Positions 13,001-24,502 of a stretch of DNA of 64,000 nt are shown here, in pieces. The position numbers and the translations under genes were made by a program. The notes beneath the pieces are model-generated. The model searched no databases. It was not told the origin of the DNA and saw only the letters and a program-made list of their open reading frames with translations. Origin of the DNA: Azolla caroliniana (Eukaryota; Plantae; Polypodiophyta); the NCBI GenBank assembly GCA_043228905.1, contig JBHGNT010000017.1, positions 9,982,001 to 10,046,000 of the forward strand, given 5' to 3'. Position 1 is the first letter of the stretch, and every line of letters begins with the position of its first letter.

Positions 13001-14347
13001 CGCGAACATGGCGGTACCTATGTCATTGGTGTCGAGGATGAACATCCTCCCATCTATGCGCCCTTGTGCAATAACTTGGCCTTCTTCCTCGATGAAGCAC
13101 CCGAGATGCGTGAACTGGACTTGCATCCCCTGGTCGACGATCTTCCGACCGACATCAGATTCTTCGTAATTGTCGGGACGTGTAACACGTTCATTAGCTT
13201 CCCTTTTTGCCTAACGTGGCTGAGGGGAACTTCACCGATATGTACAATCGGATGCAAAGTGTCGACTCCTGTTGCGACTACTCCCGATTGTTCCGGTTTT
13301 TCCATATATGAGAACCACTCTTTATGGTTCGTCATATGGTTTGACGCTCCGGAGTCAACGTGCCACACTTCGTCCAATTTCGGGGTGTTCTTCTTCATTG
13401 AGTTCTCTTTGTGTCTTGTCACGAAGGTTTTCCCCTTTCCGACTTTCTCAGATCCTTCGGCGTAGTGTGTCTGCTGCCGATTTCCTTGTTCGGTCCGTCC
13501 AGATCCGGATCCGGTTTTCTCCGAATCGGCGCGCTTCTTCCAGCACTCGCTCTCCTTGTGGCCTTTCTTGCCACAATACCAGCATTCCGTGACGTGTTTC
13601 CCTTGTCAGTTCTCATCGCCTCCTCGACTCCCCCTGCTTCCGGAGGGTCCAGAATTGTTGTCGGCATCACCACGATGCCTTCTTCCTTGCACCCATCACG
13701 CGCCTCCATTGCGCGCCGATTTGCCTTGTCCACCACGACTACGGGGCCTATCTCCTCTTGCTATCGGCGTGCATACTCGTTAACGCAACCACGTGATTCT
13801 CCTCTACAAGGAGCATCGACTGCAAGTCGAAAAATGACGGTGTATTCTCCCTTGTACAAATAGCAGTTCGGAATGCTCCGAACTTCGACGCCAATCCTCT
13901 GAGGCAAATCTGCACCATTTCGCCCTCCTCAACATTCACATCGATGGAGGCGAGGGAATCGCAAATATCCTTTATCTTGGAGGTGTAGTTAGCCACCGTC
14001 ATGTCACGTTGACGCACATTGCTCAACTCCTATCGGAGTTGGAGCTTCCTTGCTGTGGTGCTTGTGGCGAAAATCTTTTTCAGATTTCCCCAAGCATCCT
14101 TCGGCGTTCTTGCATCCCGAATGTAGCTCAAGAGTTGTTCGCTCACACAGGACGCAAAGCAGTAGAGAACTCTGCTCGCCGACTGTTCCCAGGCCGGGAA
14201 GTCTTTGTGTGTCGATTCGGGTGTTGCATCATTCGCTCCATCGACATAGCTCCAGTATCCATGTCCGAGCAGGTACTGGTGCATCTTGTACGACCAAGAT
14301 GCATAGTTACTTCTGTCGAGCTTCTCAGTTGGAAGCGAACTAGCCAT
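7074..14347 (-). pseudogene. Copia A gag-pol, interrupted at 7845-10933
   Basis: MASSLPTEKLDRSNYASW; WHVDSGASNHM; LWHKRIGH..CEACQLGK; FIDDY..SDGGKEY..QNGIAERKN; RYKARLVTKGY; KHIEVHYHFVR. Confidence 0.9.
7845..10933 (-). mobile_element. Non-autonomous LTR element (gag-like remnant, no pol) nested in the Copia A RT
   Basis: LTRs 7845-8476 and 10356-10933 (tgtcg..cgaca); 4-bp TSD acgt. Purine-rich ggtggggctgga abuts the left LTR on minus. Gag-like text ..SWVTFEKALLEEYG.. at ~9700-9975. Confidence 0.75.
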
Positions 14348-14856
14348 ACCTCTATCCTTTTTTTTTTCCTTTTCGTTCTTAACTGAGATTAGGTTTTTTT
14401 TTTGTTGTTTCGAGCTGAAGTCGGCTGCAGAGGTTCTCAACCCTCGCACTCTGATACCATGTGAAATGTAACGTGCGGAAGCTATACAAAACACAGAATA
14501 CTCACAGAGAAAAACAGGTTTAATGGAGAGCTTAAGACACAATGTACGCGCGAGAGATAGAGAGGGAATGAACACACAGAAAAACTAAATTCAAAATAAT
14601 GTGTAAAACTTTGTACATAGGATGTGCTCAGGGAGCACTTTTATACAAGTCCATACGGACCGACAAAAGTATTGACACATACTTCAATGCTCATAACTAA
14701 GCTACTACACTAACTCCCAAATATATTCCCTCACAGAATATATGTTCAACAGTCTCCCGGTTTCCACACCAATCCAGCCAATGTTGAGCTTGTAACTCAA
14801 CAAGCAATTCCCTTCTCTAGTACTGATTCTCTCTTTGTTTAGTACTATTCCTAACA

Positions 14857-15488
14857 ACTTCTTTCCTCTCCAACAAGATCAATACCATGCATTCGAGCTC
14901 AAACTCCACTCGATAGTAATTCCGACCAAGAATTTGTAAATCCATGATGTTGTCAACATCTTGTTTCAAAGCGGCTTGCAACAGTAAGTGAAGATCAGCA
15001 CATCGAGGAAGAATGCCCAAAACATGCGCAATGATTGTCCTCTTCTCTAGACACTAAATCTCTCTTATGATATGTGCTCGATCCTGTTCTTACAACAGAA
15101 GCTCTACTACGTTGTCCGAAATAGGTGGGATATCCGGGTTAGCTACACGAGAGCCCCGATTAGACTCTTCGTGATAGCGCAACAGTTGCTTCTGGTTCAT
15201 TATTGCATCGAGGAAGACTTGGGTGATGGAGGATGTTGAGAGGCTGATCACGGCAACTGGACTGGCTATAGCAGATAGGCTGATGGAGACAACCGGCTTT
15301 TCCGCAACTATTGTGGAAGAAACAGAAACCCCTAAACATCCCTCAGAAGGGTTTGAACAACCATTGGCTATAACAAGTACGTAGGGCACGACCATCGGTT
15401 GGGTAACGGTAGGTTGATTGGTGAATGTTGAGCAACAAAATGTTGGGTGGTGGCAGGCGATATGGTTGTCTTCATCGTGCAAAGCCAA
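14857..15488 (-). mobile_element. LINE ORF1 N-terminal part (DUF4283-like)
   Basis: DLQILGRNYYRVEFE resembles plant L1 ORF1; contiguous with 1-627 once the Gypsy is removed. Confidence 0.6.
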
Positions 15489-16198
15489 GATTCTCAGTTA
15501 TATTATTATGAAATTTATGTACTTATTATTTGAGCTTTAGCTCATATATTTGCAATTAAATTAGGATAACATAGATTTGTCTTTGAGATATATGACTAGA
15601 AAATATAGCATTTTGTTATGCCTTATATGATCTTGTCGTTACTTTTTTTAGTCTTATCCAACAAATACAAATGTTGGTCTTATCTATAGCCTATTTGGTT
15701 CATACACAACAAGAAAATATGGCATTTTATTTTGTATGGTTTGTTCCTATCATCTATTATGAATTTGCAACGGTTCATTTCTGCTTAACTTTTTTGGCCT
15801 TGTCCAAGCCAAAGCAGTTAAGCCTTAATTGGTCTGGGAGTTTTCAAACTTGAACCTATCCCTAAATCAGTTTGGCCAAACCCATTAAGATTCAATCGGT
15901 TTTGCAAAGCTCAAGACGAACTGAATGGAGCTCAAACAGATTAAGGAAACTCAAACTTGAACCAAGCTAAACCAAACAACCAAACCGTCTAAAAACATTT
16001 TAATGGCTTGGTTTCGACTTGAGCCAAGCCATTGCAGACTCCTCTCTTCTATTTCTCTCGCATTGTCCAACACTTTCCACTAAATAAGTTAATACATGGA
16101 CAACATAGTTATATTGTGTTGGGAACTTTGCCCAACGTCGGGTTTGTCCTTAAAAGCGAAAGTTTAATTTCTCCTCTATTGCAATTGTTCTCAAATGC

Positions 16199-16201
<3 letters not shown>

Positions 16202-16243
<42 letters not shown>

Positions 16244-16471
16244 CAGTTGGTAAGGTTGCCTAATGGAGACCAGGTGGTCATGGGTTCAACCCCTACATTC
16301 CACAGTGGCATCTAGTGAATTAAGAGATATATAAAAAGTATATAATAGAAAGGTGAGGAAGTTGGGTTTTGAACCCACAATGTAGTGCTTGTAGTGCTAA
16401 CAACTTACCACTAGGGTAAGGTAATTACAATAAATATAAAAAAAGAAGAGAGAGAGAGAGAGAGAGAGAGA
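16202..16471. repeat. Convergent pair of tRNA-like (SINE-head-like) motifs between (GA)n tracts
   Basis: Plus 16242-16301 ctcagttggtaag..ggtcatgggttcaacccc; minus 16361-16414 ctagtggtaag..gtgggttcaaaaccc. Confidence 0.4.
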
Positions 16472-17242
16472 GCAATAACAATTTAATGTAAATAGGGCCA
16501 TTGATGAAATATGATCATCGTGTGCTACACATGTTTGAAAATTATTTAAAGAATACTTTGTGAATGTGGAATAACTACCACACACCTAGGCACGATGTAC
16601 ATATAGTGTATATATATAATACATATGGTATTCAAATGAAAAGTATCAATATGCTTTTGAAAATTGTTCCAAGGTAGTTTCAACATCGTGAATTGCATAA
16701 TTGGATTATGGCATGAAATGTCATGCAACATAGCAATCGTAAATATAGTAAATAACTAAAAGGATATACAAAGTACCAAAACAAATTCATAAAAGGCAGG
16801 AATCTAGATTAAGTTAATAATATGTATTACATTGGGTGGGTAGGATGAAAACCACCGTAAATTGTTTGTAATATATAATATGCATTTTGAAAAATATGGA
16901 TGTTAAAAGGATTTGTTAGAGAGGAAATTTATGGTATGTCACTCTTCGATGTCCTTTAAAGCTTGTGTTTAGCACAACTCAAACTTATACGAGCACACAA
17001 ATATTCATTATTAGGATTTGCATACCAAAAACAACCTAGTTTACATGCATCTAATGCGTTGACAAATAATGATCTTCGCGGGTTTGTTGTCTTACAATAA
17101 TGCATGCATGGTATATGCAACATTTTTATGTCATGATGTGAGTTTCAGTGCTGAATAATTTAGAACATGCAAAAGTATTTATGGATATATAAGAAGTGTT
17201 CTGGAACCTAAATTTAACATGATCTTTAAGTGATGGAAGCAT

Positions 17243-20200
17243 TTGACAAATTCAAATATATCTCGCACCTTTACGTCAAAGGATAAAGAGCTAAAAGCAA
17301 ATGCTACACCCATAACCTTACATGTTAAACTAATTTGGCCCAAGCTAAGAAAGGTCAATTCCAATTTCCAAAGGTCTCATGTTATCCAATTATTATCTTA
17401 CACAATGAAAACTTGCCACAAACAGAAATATGAAAATAGTTATTATAGTTGTGGCATAAAATTTGCATCATCTACAACATATGATGTCACATGCTCTATG
17501 GAAAATGGTTGCCTCGTGTATGAAACAATTCTCCTTGAGGTTAAAAATCCAAATGTATTTATGGGTAATTATTCAATGATAATGGGTGAGGTTGAACAAT
17601 TTAAGAAAATGAGAAAAGCGTGTGATGATAAGGTTTGAAAAAGAAAACAAAATGTTCAAACTTGTGGAATGCATTTGCACAATACGATGCAACGCGAAAT
17701 GGATCTTAAATTTTTTTTTGTGCTTTTTACATAAAAAAACAAAACATTGTTGATGTTGAATGCATGGAGGAAAGATAGAGAGGATGTAAGGTAGCTTCAA
17801 ACAAAATAAAGCGAAAGTGACATTTGCTTTAAATTGATATCGATTTTGAAAGCTGGTCATATGATAATCTATTGTATGCAAACATGTATATCTCCATCTA
17901 TCTATTAGCTTACAACATTGCTTTACTTATTTTAGGTGAAATTGTAACTCAACAACTCGAATATCTAATCACATCTATGAAAAATGAATAAATAATCAAT
18001 AAACAAAATGAAAGTAAAAGTAAATCTTATGTGCTAAAAAATGATGTGTCAAAAGAGGGCACAATGATGAAAGGAAGCACAACATGTGAAGGGGTCGATT
18101 CGCAATTAAAGGAAGTTAAAGAGAAGTTAAAAGAGTGTGTGGACAATGCAAAGCATGTGAATGAGGTGTAGAAGGTAGGAGGTGTAAAGGAAAGCATGTG
18201 AAAAGGATGTCTCTCTAAAAGGACTCATAGGGAAAGGTAAATATTTTCATGTGACAATATATAAACTGTATTGAAAATTAAGATACTCAAAGTGTCAAAT
18301 GAGATGATGTATCAATTTGTAACCTTCATTAAAAACTTAGGGGTTATTCAACATGCATTTTGTGTTTGGCTATGCATGCTGGTCGGATTCACATTTGATC
18401 AAACAAAACATTATCAATCCAAAGTTGTCTTCTACTACTATAGGGCATTGCATGTATCAGTAAAAAATTATATGATCGCTTTAATGTGTCCATCTTTTTG
18501 GATTGACTCTATTCTTGAACAACCATCAAAACAAAAAGTCGCACTTCTTCAAGCCAAAAGTCTCTCTTCATGAGGGAACCCCATTGGTCCAAAGCAATGG
18601 AGAAAAGTGTACAGAAACATGGTGAGATATTGCTTCTACTTCCACCTAATGTGAATCGGTGTGAGAAATTTCATTGGACAAGTATATTTCTTTATGATTT
18701 CTTGTCGATATAGCACAAACCCAACGTTGATAGTATATACATATACTTAAAACTAGATACAATCTTTAAGCACATGTTGATTAAATTATTTGTTGTAATT
18801 TCGTCAATCTACCAATCTTGCGCTTTATTTTTTTTGTCTTTATAGGTAGGCCCACAATGGATAATGATTTTTGACATGATATGTTGTTGATTTATACAAA
18901 ACTCGAGATATTGAAGTATGAAAAACATAATAATATTACACACATTTTCCATGCATATTAGGTTGCGTGTGTGTGCTTACGAAATTCCAAGTACAATACA
19001 TATAGTTTAATATAAAAAAGTTTTGACTCAACTATAGCACAATGTGTTGTGAGTGCTGGATAGTGATTAGATTGTTTGTCCCAAAGTTGCTTAAAAAGCA
19101 ATAAGTAAAACATTTATTTCTTGTGATAGGCAGCAAATATCCATGTGGATAATAAAAATACAAAAAATAATTAGTGGGTCTTAAAACTATAAACTTTGGG
19201 TAGCAAAGACAACAAGTACATTTGTGTAGTTACATCATGCTTAGCCACATGTATCTCTCTCGAATCAATGTGGTGAATAAGGCTCCCCTCACTAAGCAAA
19301 TAAAGTGAATTTGCAAATGGGGAGAGGCACATCTGAAGAGGGTGTGAGCAATCAACTTGAACATCGTTGATAAAATGGATGAGAGGATTAGATTGAGATT
19401 GCAATAAATTAGGGCATTTTTAAGTGGTGACTTCAAATGTGCTATTTGTTTCTATGACAACCAAAGAGAGAAATTTGTTGGATTACAATACATACAAGCA
19501 TGAGGCTTTTGTACCCCCCTTGATGAAGTATTTTCTACAATAGAAATGGATATTGAGGAAATCTTACATAATTTTAGTCAACGTGGAGACCTTGGAAAGA
19601 GGATCAATTAACACCTAGCATGTGACATTGTCACTAGGTGGATCTCCATCATTAGTCTCACGTAGTGGCTTCGGGCATGAGATTTATTTCAATGATCACG
19701 AGCATATATTGTCTCTTTCACAAGGGCATTTTAACCACGAGTATTATTTTAATATAGTATTGCCCTAGTTTAAGTAAAAAATAATATATCTGGAAGCAAA
19801 TGTTGAGCTTCTTAGATTTAGCAAGATGATTCCAAAGCTTGTTTACTTTTGTGATTGGTTTTCAGAATATATCCCTCACCAAAATCAACCTTACCTAAAA
19901 GCAAGGAGCATAAAAAAATTTCAACGTTATTATCAAATCCAACTCTTTATGAACTTGCATATTCAAGATGCAAAACAAGACTATACTGCTGAATGATTAT
20001 TATAAAATCATGAGATTCTTGTATTCGTGCCAATACTTTGATTCGCCTCATTAGGGGCATTCAAGACAACATTTAATAAGAAATATTCCAAGTATACGGT
20101 CAATGAAATGCGAAATGAGATGTGAAGATATTTATAGTTATACATTTCATGACATTTGGGAAAGATGGTTGTCGAGTTGACTAAAAAACCAATATAATCT

Positions 20201-20400
20201 AATTTTATGTTTGTTTAATGCAAATTACAACGATAAAAGAGAATATTTGTCGATGTGTCAAAACAACCACTTATTCCATGTGAATGCATGTGCTACCTAT
20301 GCATAGTTCTTTTGCACAGTGATTACTTATTAAGAATACAAACATCCACGTTAGGTCAACATCTACTTGTTTAATACACGATGGCTAGAGATTTCAGTTG
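17243..20400 (+). mobile_element. Possible highly decayed MULE-like transposase relic
   Basis: Broken reading at ~19625-19725 (IVT.G.SPSLVS..ITSIYCLFHK) resembles the MULE D..C(2)H region; Cys-rich fragments at ~17450-17700; no long ORF. Confidence 0.3.
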
Positions 20401-21719
20401 ATTGAATCGGATCTATAGGAAATACTAGGAGCATCAATATAGTTTGATTTGTAGGCCTTTCACGAGCCATAAATGAAAGAGTTAATTATAATATTAACAC
20501 CCCTATTCAAGGGGAAGACAATGCAACATATGTTGCATGTCTTGTGCACGTCGCTTTGTTAATATTATTTCTTCAAGTTTGAAAGCGTGGATGGCTCTAA
20601 GGGATAGACGTGGCCATTTTTTAGATTGCTCATGGATCACAACTTATATGTAAGAGTCACACAACTTTTGTGGCAAGTGTCAACATTACAATTTGTCATT
20701 CACGTTTTTAAAGGAACACACATGCATACACACTTGTACGTGCACACAAAGGAATTTTGGCTGTGAGTAATCTTTTTCAATAGTGGAAGTATATAATCAA
20801 TACGTTAGAAGCTTTACATACATTCCATTTTGCTAAAATTCACATGCTTGGAATGGAAGGCAAAAAAATTTATCAAGAATTTGTGCATTGCAGCTATGTA
20901 ATATAGAAATTTGATGATGTGAAAGCTTGAAGTGTATCAATACAACTAATAAATAGCTAGGGAATCGAGACAAACTTAGAGCTGGTTATATAAAATGCTA
21001 GTTGAGGTACACTCATAATTGATAGAAAACGAGCTAGTAGGAAAAACTGGTTTTTTGAACTTTTTTCTTGAAATAATTCACTTTCCTCAAGAAGGTCATG
21101 CAAATTCAACCCCATGGGTAGGATCCTATTATTGGTAAATGTCCCCCAATTTGAAGACACATTGAATACTTGTAGGTTACTAGTAATTTTCATTATGTTG
21201 TTTGACGTTCACAGATCAAGTGTTGAAGCTGTGTAGGCGTTGTTTGGCATATATCAAAACAAATAGCTTATCTTCCTTTGCCCAATCTTGGGGGTCAAGG
21301 AAAAGGCATCCTCATAACTTGCTTCGACATGTTGATTCCACCATGTGGGATTTATGGACAAAGGGAAGAAAGCAGAAGAGTGAGTAATCAAGAGTCCATG
21401 GGTGATGCGACATCAGACCACAACCTAACTAAGACCAGTAAAACAAAAGAAAAAGAGAAAAGAGGTGAACATGTTAAATGTGAAAAACATTACTGTCACA
21501 TAATATCATGCGATAGTGGGGGGGGGGGGGGGGTCCTATCACGACAACTTTTCTACGAAAGAGTAAAAAAAGCACAATGAAGAGAGGGGTGAGGCGACAA
21601 TCTTACTTACTTAATGCGAAATATGTGGGTGGGTTGTCGTTTTGGGAAAGTACCCTATAACAATGGCAATGTGTGCGTGTAGTTAAAAGAAGAAGAAGCC
21701 ATTCGTAATGATCTCTATC

Positions 21720-22068
21720 ACCATTATTATTATTATTATTATTATCATTATTCATGATCTTCTTCTTCTATGAGACGAGATATGCATGTGAATGTATGTT
21801 ATGTTGTATGGTATGTGGTGACAGGTGTGGTGTGTGGTTTCATACGTACATAGATAGATAGGTAGAGAAGCACACATGTATGTATGTACATATCTGTACG
21901 TATGTATGTATGTATGTATGTATGTATGCACGCATGCATGATGTGTGCTGTTTGTTCATGTTGGGTGGTGGGCCCCCGTCCGTCCTTCGTTGGCTTCATT
22001 CTTTGGGGGGGGGGGGGGGGGGGGGGGGGTAAAAGAAGGAAAAGGTTCGAATCTGCCTCTCTGAAGCC

Positions 22069-22105
<37 letters not shown>

Positions 22106-22480
22106 AGTCTGCATATATACATTATATATATATATATATATGTGGGTATAAATAATCAGACGTTTGTGTTTGCACTCTCTCTTTTCTTCCCCAAATCTCT
22201 CTATCTCTCAAAAGACACGAAAGGCAAAAGAGAAAAACAAACACCTCTCTTTGTTTCTTCCTTTCTGAAGCAGAGCCAGAGCCAGAGCCAGAGCCAGACA
22301 AAGTAGAGTAGAGAGAAATGGGCATGTGGAATTTCTCCCTTGCACCAGATTCCAGGTGGGTTTCTTCTGTTTTGCCCTTCTGTCCACAGAAAGTGGTAAT
22401 TCTCTGAAAGTTAAAGACAGTAAAAGATCTAAACCGAGAAGACGAAGAAGACGAAGAAGAAGAAGAAGAAGAAGAAGAAG
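21720..22480. repeat. Microsatellite cluster upstream of the bHLH gene: (ATT)n, (TATG)n, poly-G, (CT)n, (TA)n, (CAGAGC)n, (GAA)n
   Basis: Directly visible simple repeats. Confidence 0.9.
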
Positions 22481-22507
22481 AGTAACTGCGTTTTCTGGCT
22501 GGGCTAG

Positions 22508-24502
22508 ATGGGTTCGGATGCAGGTAATGGCGGTGGTGTTCCAAGGAATACATGGAGTGATGAAGATCTACTCATGATAAAGCACCTATTGGGCCCTTCT
22601 GCCATAGCTCAGCTCTCATGGAGTTTGCAAGGTTTAACACCTGTAGGGGGAAGGAGACTGAATGAAATAGCTCTTCAGCAGAGGCTCCATAACCTCGTTG
22701 AAGGATCAGCCGTAAATTGGACGTATGCTATCTTCTGGCAACTCTCAAGCTCGGCAAAAGGGGAAGAGGTACTGGGCTGGGGGGATGGTTACTTCAAAGG
22801 TCCTAGAGAGAAGCAAGAAAAGCCAAAAGATGAAGATCAAGGAGGAGGCCCAGGAGAAGAAAAAGGTTTCCATCATTCTATGACAGTTGATGAACGCCTA
22901 AAACGACGAGTCCTTCGCCTCTTACAAACCCAATTCTGTGCAGCGAGTGACGGTGACCTTATGGACATCGCGGAAGGAGACTTTGTTTCTGACACAGAGC
23001 TCTTCTACTTGATCTCTATGTTTTATTCTTTCTCGCGGGGTATGGACGTTCCAGGATTGGCCTTAGAGTCACAAAACCATGTCTGGTTGACTGGGAACAA
23101 CCTCGATAACTCTTCGGTCTGTACCCGATCTTCGATTGTGAGGATGGCTGGGATTCAAACCATCGTTTGTGTCCCGACTCTGAATGGCGTGGCCGAGCTC
23201 GGATCCACCGATCTTATCTTCGAGAACCGTAAACTCATCCATGAGATTAAGGTCTCATTTACAGAAGATGTTTGGGAGAAGCCACAATTAGACGAAACCC
23301 GCCACAGTCATAATAATCACAATCTTTCCTTGGTTAAGGAAGAGGCTTCGGTGTCACCTCCAGAGAGCCCAATTGTTACATTAATGCTCAATTCAGGGAA
23401 GCAAGAGAGTATAAGATCAAGTGTAACTCCAGATCGAGATCAACATTTTCATGGAAGCATGCTGACCACCAAAATTCCTGACCTAAGATCATCGCTCCCA
23501 CTTGCGCCCAATTTTCCGTTGAACCCGTTTTTGGCTGCCCAAAGGGCAGCAGCAGCCAAAGTCTTCCAAGCTCACGGATGGCAACAAAAGCAATCTTTTC
23601 CAGCGAACAACCCACCTGGTTCAGAAATCGCTCATGGAGGAACAAACCACCGCGTGAGCCCAAATGGCACGAATTTGAGCACCAAAATAGGTGGACATCT
23701 GTTCTTTCACAAGAGCGATCCGTCTCCGCAGTACTTGCCCAAATCGGACATGAATGGGCAGATGATCCGGCAGAAGGAACCAACAGTCCAGATGCACTCG
23801 TCGTCAAAAAACGGGGGAGAGAACACCAAGCAACAGTATGAGGGTCTTTCACTTAATAGCAGCATGCCGGCTAGTAGGCCATCATGTATTGTAGAATCGG
23901 AACATTCACAGCATTCAGATTTAGAAGCATCATGCAAGGACACTCTGGAAGAAATGAGGCCTCGAAAGAGGGGACGCAAGCCGGCGAATGGTCGGGAAGA
24001 GCCTTTGAACCACGTAGAGGCCGAAAGGCAAAGGAGAGAGAAACTAAACCAACGGTTTTATGCATTGAGATCGGTGGTCCCCAATATCTCCAAGATGGAT
24101 AAGGCATCTCTTCTCGGGGATGCAGTTTCATACATTCAAGAACTCCAAGGGAAGCTTAGAGAGATGGAGCAAGAGAGAGAAGAGCTTTTACTGGCTAGTG
24201 GCATTGACATAATGGAGATTAGGAAAGATCGGGTTCGTAACTTTTCGGCTAATTCTAGAGGTGCCCCAACAATTGACTTACAAATTCATAATGGTGAGGC
24301 TACAATACAAGTGACTTGTTCTAGGGAATCACACCCTCTCAATAAGGTTATTGAGGGTTTGAAGGAGCTAAACGTTGAGTTCCCGACTGCCAATGTGGCT
24401 CTTGTCGATGAATCATTCCTTCACACATTTAAGCTCGATGTGAAGAGCTCTAGCAACATCACCCAAGATTTGCTACATTCGGTTCTGACGAAAGGCCTAT
24501 GA
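22508..24502 (+). CDS. MYC2: MYC2-like bHLH transcription factor (subgroup IIId/e), 664 aa, intronless
   Basis: bHLH-MYC_N/JID ([45 protein letters not shown]); b[57 protein letters not shown]; ACT-like C-terminus. Symbol is family-level; orthology untested. Confidence 0.93.
   Translation: MGSDAGNGGGVPRNTWSDEDLLMIKHLLGPSAIAQLSWSLQGLTPVGGRRLNEIALQQRLHNLVEGSAVNWTYAIFWQLSSSAKGEEVLGWGDGYFKGPREKQEKPKDEDQGGGPGEEKGFHHSMTVDERLKRRVLRLLQTQFCAASDGDLMDIAEGDFVSDTELFYLISMFYSFSRGMDVPGLALESQNHVWLTGNNLDNSSVCTRSSIVRMAGIQTIVCVPTLNGVAELGSTDLIFENRKLIHEIKVSFTEDVWEKPQLDETRHSHNNHNLSLVKEEASVSPPESPIVTLMLNSGKQESIRSSVTPDRDQHFHGSMLTTKIPDLRSSLPLAPNFPLNPFLAAQRAAAAKVFQAHGWQQKQSFPANNPPGSEIAHGGTNHRVSPNGTNLSTKIGGHLFFHKSDPSPQYLPKSDMNGQMIRQKEPTVQMHSSSKNGGENTKQQYEGLSLNSSMPASRPSCIVESEHSQHSDLEASCKDTLEEMRPRKRGRKPANGREEPLNHVEAERQRREKLNQRFYALRSVVPNISKMDKASLLGDAVSYIQELQGKLREMEQEREELLLASGIDIMEIRKDRVRNFSANSRGAPTIDLQIHNGEATIQVTCSRESHPLNKVIEGLKELNVEFPTANVALVDESFLHTFKLDVKSSSNITQDLLHSVLTKGL

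Larger units (their letters stand above)
6211..14802 (-). mobile_element. Ty1/Copia element, family A, full-length but degenerate
   Basis: LTRs 6211-6601 and 14460-14802 (TG..CA). PBS tggtatcaga (tRNA-iMet) at 14450-14459 on minus; PPT cttgagggggag at 6602-6613. TSD agtaa/agcaa. Confidence 0.92.
628..14856 (+). mobile_element. Ty3/Gypsy chromovirus (Tcn1/Tf1-like); 3' LTR split by a Copia insertion
   Basis: 5' LTR 628-1047; 3' LTR 5819-6210 plus 14808-14856. Flanks actgc (623-627) and acttc (14857-14861) form a 5-bp TSD with 1 mismatch. PPT aaaggggggatag ends at 5818. Confidence 0.9.

Noticed and set aside
15790-16035. MITE with AAACC motifs
   Set aside because: Could not define TIRs or a TSD by eye.
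22326-22577. Poly-Arg ORF and antisense poly-Ser ORF
   Set aside because: Translation of a (GAA)n microsatellite.
23388-24131. Overlapping and antisense ORFs inside the MYC gene
   Set aside because: Shadow frames with no recognisable motifs.
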